NCBI GenBank assembly: GCA_964304625.1
Contig: OZ199840.1
Span: 6,140,776 to 6,204,775 of the forward strand
Direction of reading: 5' to 3'
DNA: 64,000 nt
DNA from: Kudoa neothunni
Taxonomy: Eukaryota; Animalia; Cnidaria
The notes under the pieces were generated by a model. It made no database searches. It saw only the letters and a program-made list of their open reading frames with translations, and was not told the DNA's origin. Position numbers and translations under genes: made by a program. Below, piece after piece: positions 56,601 to 64,000 of this stretch. How positions within the stretch are numbered: position 1 is the first letter of the stretch; the number at the start of each line of letters is the position of its first letter.

Positions 56601-57612
56601 CCCTGATTGTATTCTTCAACATGGTTGATATTTCATTGATAAATGGGTTTTCAATGTATAAAGAAATATTTTGTCAAGCCAACGCCAACATAAGCAGGAG
56701 AAATTATTTAAAAAGTATGGCTGCAGAGTTGACAGCGCGCTTTAAAAACACGAAGAAAAGAAGACAATTTAGCTAGCATACTTGTGAATAACGCTCCGAA
56801 AAATTCGATTCGATTCAATTCAAAGGTGTCAATTGTGTGAAAGATAAAAAGATCATAAAACCTCAGCAAAATGTCATAGTTGCAACGCATCATGTTGTAA
56901 AAAATATTCTAAAATTGTTTGTTTGAATTGTTCATGATACTATTTCTGTTATTTAACATCTTTCTCATTTATATCGAAATAAAACTTGTTTAATAATTAT
57001 TTAACTGTTTAAAATATTAAAAATTAATAATAAATCAAATTTAAAGTGCATATATTGACATTTCCTTATATTAGGTATAATTAAATCATCAAAAACTCAA
57101 ATTCTCCTATGGCTGCGCACGCGCACCACAATGTTATCAATTTTATTACTTCTTTTTTACAATGTTTTGCCAATGGATATTGCTTAAAACTTATATACAC
57201 AGTTTTGTTTATATTTACTATGAAAAAATTAAAAAAATGTGGGGTCGAAATATACCCCGATTTTATTTGGAAGGTGTAAATTTTCAAGCTATTTAGAAGG
57301 TTAATGAATGTCAAAAAACAATCCAAAACTTCTTTTCGCTTTGAATGCAGTATACGTCGAGTCCTGGGTTACATTCGATTACATAACGTTCATCAGATAA
57401 GCAATTTTCAACCTCATTACCATATGATTCTAATTCCTCAATAAATTCCAAAACATCGCTGTTCATATTTACTTTTCAGAGAAGTGAACCGCGTGCATAT
57501 CACAATGGTATTTATTAATATAACCGTCATATTCTAACTTACAAATTCAAATATAAAATTTTCTAAACCCATTATTGTTGTTTAAATTTGATAAAATATA
57601 ATGTTCTAAGAG
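53671..57612 (-). mobile_element. Degenerate piggyBac (outer element), split by a nested insertion
   Basis: Left end TAAA|CCCTCTAACG. Remnants KPHVIEYYNNIKDVVHTVDR and IVADNLF. The N-terminal part lies at 57305-57466 and rejoins 55222 across the TTAA. Right end uncertain. Confidence 0.65.
55227..57300 (+). mobile_element. piggyBac (PGBD4-like) transposon nested in another piggyBac
   Basis: TTAA|CCTTCAAAATA...TATTTAGAAGG|TTAA ends. Motifs IDGQIVSFRGR...PSKPAKYGIK, CDNFFTS, YYNSAKGGVDT...RRWPL, and a C-terminal Cys-rich region. Confidence 0.85.
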
Positions 57613-58431
57613 TTAAACATTACCATATTATAGATTTCTGCTTCTTTAACTTGTGAGAATAGATCGTTTATTGTGTTTTAGATAATTCTATAATATATAT
57701 CTTATTTAAAATTAAAATAAATCAATATTAAATTTATTAAATATCGATCAATTTGATCGAGAAACAAGAGGAATCACGCACCACATGAATGACGAGGACA
57801 TACGATGTAATGGTAATTTCACCCGAATACGATTATTACGGATTAATCTATGATTTGTCTAATATTTTCCTCCAAAATCTCTCATCAGAATATAAAATAA
57901 TTTTGCGCATCATTTTATAATAATATTTAAAATAAATTTTTCAAACAAATCTGGCGTAAAATATGCCCCAATGCCGTTAGAGAATTTATCAATTATTTTA
58001 GTTTAAAGCAATGCGGTGAGCCAAGGACATTTAACTGTCGGTGATCGAAATAAATTATACCTGTATTTTACAACAAAAGTTTAAGACGAATTAAAAATGA
58101 TGCCGTAAACAGGTAGATGACATTTAAGATTAAAATATTATGGCCAACAAAAACAATCTCCAGACAATCTTAAGAAGTTATGTGTACAGATATATTTTGT
58201 AAGAAGAAGAGCATGATATTTCTCCATAAATTTTTAAATGACAACCCCATATTGTTGATATTTTTATTAAATTTGAAATATGGGGAATCCCAAAAGAGCA
58301 TAAAATAGCCAGAAGTTTCCGGCCAAATACTAGTCAATAATCAAAAAATATACTGCTATAATTCTAATCAAAAATCATAACTGTCAAATAACCACACATT
58401 AACAATTAAGAGAGGAGTAGTTGAGTGGGAG

Positions 58432-59146
58432 TTATTTTTTTGGAGTTGCAAAATTTCTACACCATGTACTAGCGTTTTGTAGGAATTTTTCCTTGTTATT
58501 AAGAAATTCATCGGCTACATCACTTCTTACAGCCTGTTCTGGTTCGGGATCGTTCACAAGTGCTAACAACGATTGCAAAACTAAAAATAACTACAATAAA
58601 ACTGAACACATTACCAATTGGTTACCATGTTCTGCTTTGGTGGCTGGTTTCCAATTCTCGGCCGCAATGATAGGCATACAAATCTGGCCTTTTTCGTCGA
58701 TATTTGGATGGTAGATTTTTGTCTTAAAAATGACCTAAATCCAATCATTCGAGTTCGAAATTTCACCATCAACATAAATAACAACTATTCGAGTTGTTAA
58801 AGGTATGTTTTATTATATTAAATAAAAAGATATTACTTTAGGTGGTTTGAATGGGTACTCGGAAGGGAATTCCATAGAAAAATTAAAACAATAACCACAA
58901 TATGGAGGTGTCGACTAGATGATCAAACTGAATCCAGCTCCCAAAAACAATCAACTAATCCACATACCGGCATCAACATACCACACCATATCAACACATT
59001 TTGCTCATCGGGAGTGACATGACAGAAATTTGATATACTTGATTTATTTATGTCAGTAATTTCCTAAAATTTCAAAAGTTGAAAATTCAAACCAACCACC
59101 ATTTTTAAGTTAGAGTTACTTTTGCAAGACGTCTTGTAGCCGACAT
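58432..59146 (-). CDS. UBE2L3: Ubiquitin-conjugating enzyme E2 L3 (UbcH7-like), 5 exons; not recovered by the ORF track
   Basis: Spliced product: MSATRRLAK|EITDI...[11 protein letters not shown]|STPPY...[11 protein letters not shown]|[36 protein letters not shown]|[15 protein letters not shown]...ATPKK*. Confidence 0.93.
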
Positions 59147-60837
59147 AAAATATCGTTTTCACTCGCGTGCAAATTTCTAATCCTCAATAAATTTTTGATT
59201 GGTGGTCTTTAGGTGTATACTAAAAATTTACGATATAACGCGATATTTTTTACTAAAGTTCAATATTTGCGGTGTTGAATTGTATCAGTTAGAAGATCTT
59301 ATACACGATTGTCTAGGGTATGAAGCTGCACGTCCATCATTTTTGGAATGTAACGTATAAATACGAGTACGTTAAAGTTGTATTAAAAATAGTTTTGATA
59401 TAATATTGACATGTATGGTGGAAAAAGAGATTCTACTGGGCTAAATGTGATTTTATAATGGTAATAACAGATTAAAAGTAAGATTAACGAACATATTAAG
59501 TAGTTTTTGCGTGAGATATTTTCTGTGATTAAAGCTTGAATAAATTCGATTGTATTTTTTACTTCTGAGATATATTTTAATTACATTTTCTAACCTACTA
59601 TTCTACTTAATTTAAATTTTATTAGTATTATAGGATGAAAAGATTAGAATTTAACTTGGCGAATGTCTCACGAACATGGTTATGAATGTTTATTTATTCA
59701 ACCTTATATATTCAACCTTATATCTTTCAGCATTAATTTGATTTTTTTATTAAAATTGAAGATTTCATTTGCATGTGTAAAGTAGCAAACTCTTCAACTC
59801 TAGAATATTTTACTCCAACCTTTAGGTTTATACTTTACGAAAACGCGTGGAATTTTTCCTCTGTATGAGCCAAAAATTCTCGTTTATAAATTATATTGAC
59901 ATATTTATTAAAATTATAACTAAAATATAATTCAACAAATATTCGAACTAAGGATACATATTTAATATTAATATTAATCTTATTAGAAATTAAGTGATTA
60001 ATAATCAAAAGATTATTCCCTGAACCTGTTGTCTTTCTACTAAGACATGCGTGGAAATAGTGAATCCTTATAAAAATACTGATATTTTTTATTATCTGTG
60101 GAGATATAATTTATTATTATTGTTCCTAATTTCATTATGATCGTAAATATTTTAGAAGTTTTATTTAAAATATTGGAAACCAACCGACTTGATTGCTTTG
60201 TGAATAATCAAAAATTTTTAATTTTTTAATATCCTTAAAAATTAATATAATATTGATTAATGTTACCTAAAAATAAAAGAATATATTAGTTTTTTATCTA
60301 ATTTGTTAGCGCATGCGATCAATTTTTCATAATTTTATAAATTTATGATGGACGTTATCATTAAAGAATAATAAAGATTTTCGAATTTAAATTCTGTTTA
60401 TAGCTTCATATTTTTAATTTATATTTTTGTGTATATCCAGAAATTTTAAATACTATTAATAAGGGCTGCCCCGATACCGATGCCAATAAAATTTCTTTTT
60501 TTAAAACCAGTATAAAATTAGGAATACTGTGTCAAATTACATAAAAATGTATCGTGATATCTTTAAATTATTTATACATTTTTATAAATCTCTACGCATT
60601 TCACCATTGAATAGTACAAAAAACATATTAGGTTTACAATATTCATCAGGCCTGTCAATAAAATATCAGGTAATGGTAAAGTATGCGACATCTAAAAAAT
60701 GTCCTCTTGCGCATGTTTTTTCGAATTTCTTTTTTCACGATTCTCGATAATTATATAAAAGAATATGGGGAGCAAAAATTCAGCTCAAATTAATAACTCT
60801 AAAATTTTAAGAATTTCTCATCCGAACGCAGTTGGAT

Positions 60838-62251
60838 CAGGGTTGCCAGAGTTGGTACGTTTTAAGGTGAATGGGTTTCGAGATAAAATTATTATAAATA
60901 TATACCACATGATAAACTAGTGTGTTAGAAGACTTGGAACAAAGTATCCACTAGTATCACCCAAGTTACTCAAAACTTCAAAATGAACATAACGAACTAC
61001 AAATTTTATTTGGCATCGAGTATCACAAAATATTGTATCTCTGCTGCATAAGATGGCTGTCTCTTGATCAAGTTATTCAGAAAATATTGGAAGAATGGAC
61101 AGTTCTCACAACGTTTCCTAAGGTTGGACCACAGGAAATCAAGGCTAAACTCGCACCCAAAATATTTACATCTCTATTTAAACCCATAAATAAAATGTAT
61201 TATGCCTTTTTTTAACTTTTTCTTACTCGTAATGACGAAACTTAACGTCGAATTATAAGATGGGGGTTTAAAGTTCATTAACTACGAAATTCCTTTTAAA
61301 ATATTGTAACAATATGTAATTGTTTTTTGAGAAGTCTGATCAAAAAATAGCATCTTTTGGAGCTTAAATTTCAAATACTTCTTAAATTATATTCTTCCAC
61401 ATAATTTTTATTATTAGTCGAATGTAGAATCAATTTAGAATGGAAATATTATTGGAATAAATACTCATGATCCTGTTTACTCTCTTGCCAAAACTCTGGA
61501 TTTCTATTTATTACTGACGAAACAGATATTTCAAAGGTTTTTAAGCATCGCAAAATTTATGTATTTACAAATATTTGAAAAAACGCTTCTTGCAAATGCC
61601 AATGACGAAAGCCCCATTCCATTATACCCCTCCCAAAAAGATGTACAAATATTATTGCTGAAGATGAGTATTTAAATTTGGAGAGTGAATAAATAAAACT
61701 TAGCCTGTAGAATACGGACATTTCATTGAAAAAACTCCCAAGAAATATCGCCCTGCGGTCATAAATAAAAGAAGAGGAGACATATTTAAGTATCGATTAT
61801 TGTCAAAATTAATGCTGTATTTACTTTCATTTCCTCATTCGTCTGGATCTTCTGGCAGTTTATTTTAATTTGAAAATAAAAAAAATTTAACAAAAAGATT
61901 TACATTGGAAGATGAAACACTAAATGCTCTTCTATATCTGAATGTTTATTGAGACGCCAGTCACATGAGATGGAATTTATCTGACCAATTCATTAAAATG
62001 ATGGGAAAAATAAACATATATGATGATGAGGATAGTGAAACTGAATTAACATTTTGGTGTATAAATAGATCCTATCAACTATTTTTTCTGTTTCGATTAG
62101 TTTACTGTTCCCAGCATTATATTTTGTGTATTATTTTTACAATATGACACCTTTTTTAAAATTTTAGTGCGATTTAAAATTTGTTGATACTATTTGATAC
62201 GTTCCTATTACATCATTTGGTGCGATTTACAAAAATCGTCTGGCAACCCTG
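60838..62251 (+). mobile_element. hAT-superfamily element with deleted/degenerate transposase
   Basis: Perfect 13-bp TIR CAGGGTTGCCAGA and an 8-bp TSD AGTTGGAT/AGTCGGAT (7 of 8 match). Remnants IRWLSLDQVIQKILEEW and LLSFPHSS. Confidence 0.88.
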
Positions 62252-62671
62252 AGTCGGATACACGAGTAATCTCCATCTTTTTTCAACAAACACTAAATAT
62301 AGATCTCTAATTTGTTTTGATAATCATTTATAAATTGGTTCTTTTTCATATTTTTTACCATATAAACACAAATTTTACAATATCAAATTTAATTTTACAG
62401 GTTTTAAACATGAATTGTTTAAAATCGAGAAGACAACCGCGTGCTCTCAAAAATATATTTTCCTAATTTTCTTGGGGCTGATGAGCTTTTCCAATCATTA
62501 ATCAATGTTTAATTTCAATATGGAAATAACTTAAGGCAGATTATAGAAAGTTATTACTTGTTAGGAGGAGTTCTTACGTGTTTAGTATAGCATTTGATAA
62601 ACACAAAAATGTAATTACAAAAAGACCTAAAACCGAAAAAATTGTTAATTCTATAAAATTATTAGTTTTAA

Positions 62672-63308
62672 TCTACTATAAAAAGCAAACCGGTAATCCA
62701 TGTGTGTGTCAATGTGTACGCATTTTTCATTCTTTATAGAGAGACATATCGCTCTATTTGAGCATATGTATGGGAAGATAAAATTTTATTTAAACATAGA
62801 AAAATACGTAAAAAATTATAAATGGTTTGCATCCTGCAGAATGACTAAAAACATTTACACGTAGTATGATTAGTTTGATTTGAAGATTTATGCAAACATA
62901 TAGATCATTTCATTAAAGATTTAAAAGTTTATTTTATTTTAAAATTATTAAAAAGTAATTCAATAATTGAATTAGTTCTAATAAGGAAGGTAATAGTAGG
63001 TTATGTAGTCAAGCATTAATATGAAATTCATTTGTTGATGTTTAATAAGATTAGACATTCATATGGTATGATATAGAGATTACTGCAAACAACAAGGAGA
63101 AAATCAATTTTTAAACGCTCAGTAGTGTTTATTCATTTTTAAAAATATTAAGTAAGGTTCATGCGTCCAATTAGTTAAATAAATCATCCGTTAATTGGTA
63201 ATCTTTGTACTATTTATTTAAATACTCTTAATTTACTTTGAACTTCATAAGACCTTGGTCTGCGTGGCTGGGCAAGGAAGCCCATGCGAGGCGGAGCTTT
63301 TGCGCTAG
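62672..63308 (+). mobile_element. Non-autonomous Helitron-like element
   Basis: 5' end A|TCTACTATAAAAAG...(GT)n and a GC-rich 3' end GGGCAAGGAAGCCC...GCGCTAG|T. Confidence 0.5.
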
Positions 63309-63769
63309 TAATTTTATAAATCGCATCTGAATGAAAATTTTAAAGATAAAAAATAATTACAAATGTCATTAACTAATTAATGATGCCGAATAAATTCTCA
63401 TCTAATAAGGTTCAGATTGCAAATCCATTTCCCAGATTTCAATTTACACAAAGATTCCGCCAATTGAATCATTTCAAAATCTAAAGAGAATTATTATAAC
63501 TAAACTGTTCTCCGATAAGCATGAAAATAAAAACCGGCACTAAAATCTAATCAGATTTAAACATTATTTTTAATTAAGTCGATTCCCCCTAATCATTTAA
63601 TATAGTTTTGTTAACTTAAGAATATTTGAAAAGGTGTAATGATATATAAAATAATTCAAAATTTATAAAAGATGGTAAATAGAGGTAAGGATTGATTGAT
63701 TGATTCATTCATTCATTTAATAAAAAACAAATAGTCCTAGAAAGATAGTTCAAACCAAAAGAAGTCCCA

Positions 63770-64000
63770 TCAAGGACATTTCTTGACATCACAAGATTCA
63801 ATATTTTGGAAAAACCCTGAAGAATTATACAACGATGTGCATCCAATAAGCAAATTGTATCCCGCTAATGTATGTAGGTTAAATCAGCAATCATATCAAC
63901 GATCATACGAAGTTCGTTTCGGAACAAATACTGAAGAGCAGATATTTCCGAAAAACTGCAGCCACCAATAAAAAAAACCAGCACATTTTTAGACAATCCT
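63770..64000 (-). CDS. VPS33: 3' end of Sec1/Munc18-family protein VPS33 (partial; continues beyond the window)
   Basis: VLVFFIGGCSFSEISALQYLFRNELP|GYNLLIGCTSLYNSSGFF...*, with intron 63865-63908. Matches the VPS33 C-terminal GG(C/V)TF(S/A)EI(S/A)ALRFL motif. Confidence 0.8.

Noticed and set aside
14477-59146. Alternative genetic code or stop readthrough as the cause of fragmented ORFs
   Set aside because: In intact host genes the in-frame stops fall inside short introns. Spliced genes translate with the standard code, TGG encodes conserved Trp, and TAA, TAG and TGA all serve as terminators.

Overview
AT-rich eukaryotic (animal) genomic DNA with many very short GT-AG introns (mostly about 35-60 nt), so the ORF track fragments almost every gene. 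Fast-evolving proteins and tiny introns suggest a reduced parasitic metazoan such as a myxozoan or orthonectid; this is inference only. Genes rebuilt by hand-splicing: a Spen/RBM15-family triple-RRM protein with no visible SPOC domain, a secreted five-Kunitz-domain protein, two tandem POMT2-like protein O-mannosyltransferases (the second carries lesions), an SLC7 amino-acid transporter light chain, Sec61 alpha, an ERp57/PDIA3-like disulfide isomerase (KDEL), UBE2L3/UbcH7, and the 3' end of VPS33. The intergenic space is full of decayed DNA transposons: at least 8 piggyBac-type elements (one nested inside another), pogo/Tigger, hAT, Merlin, non-autonomous Helitrons, and an unclassified element with ~250-bp inverted termini. 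No tRNA, rRNA or CRISPR array was seen. The best novelty candidates are the penta-Kunitz protein with pairwise disulfide loss and an acidic tail, the POMT2-like duplication, and the SPOC-less Spen-family protein.
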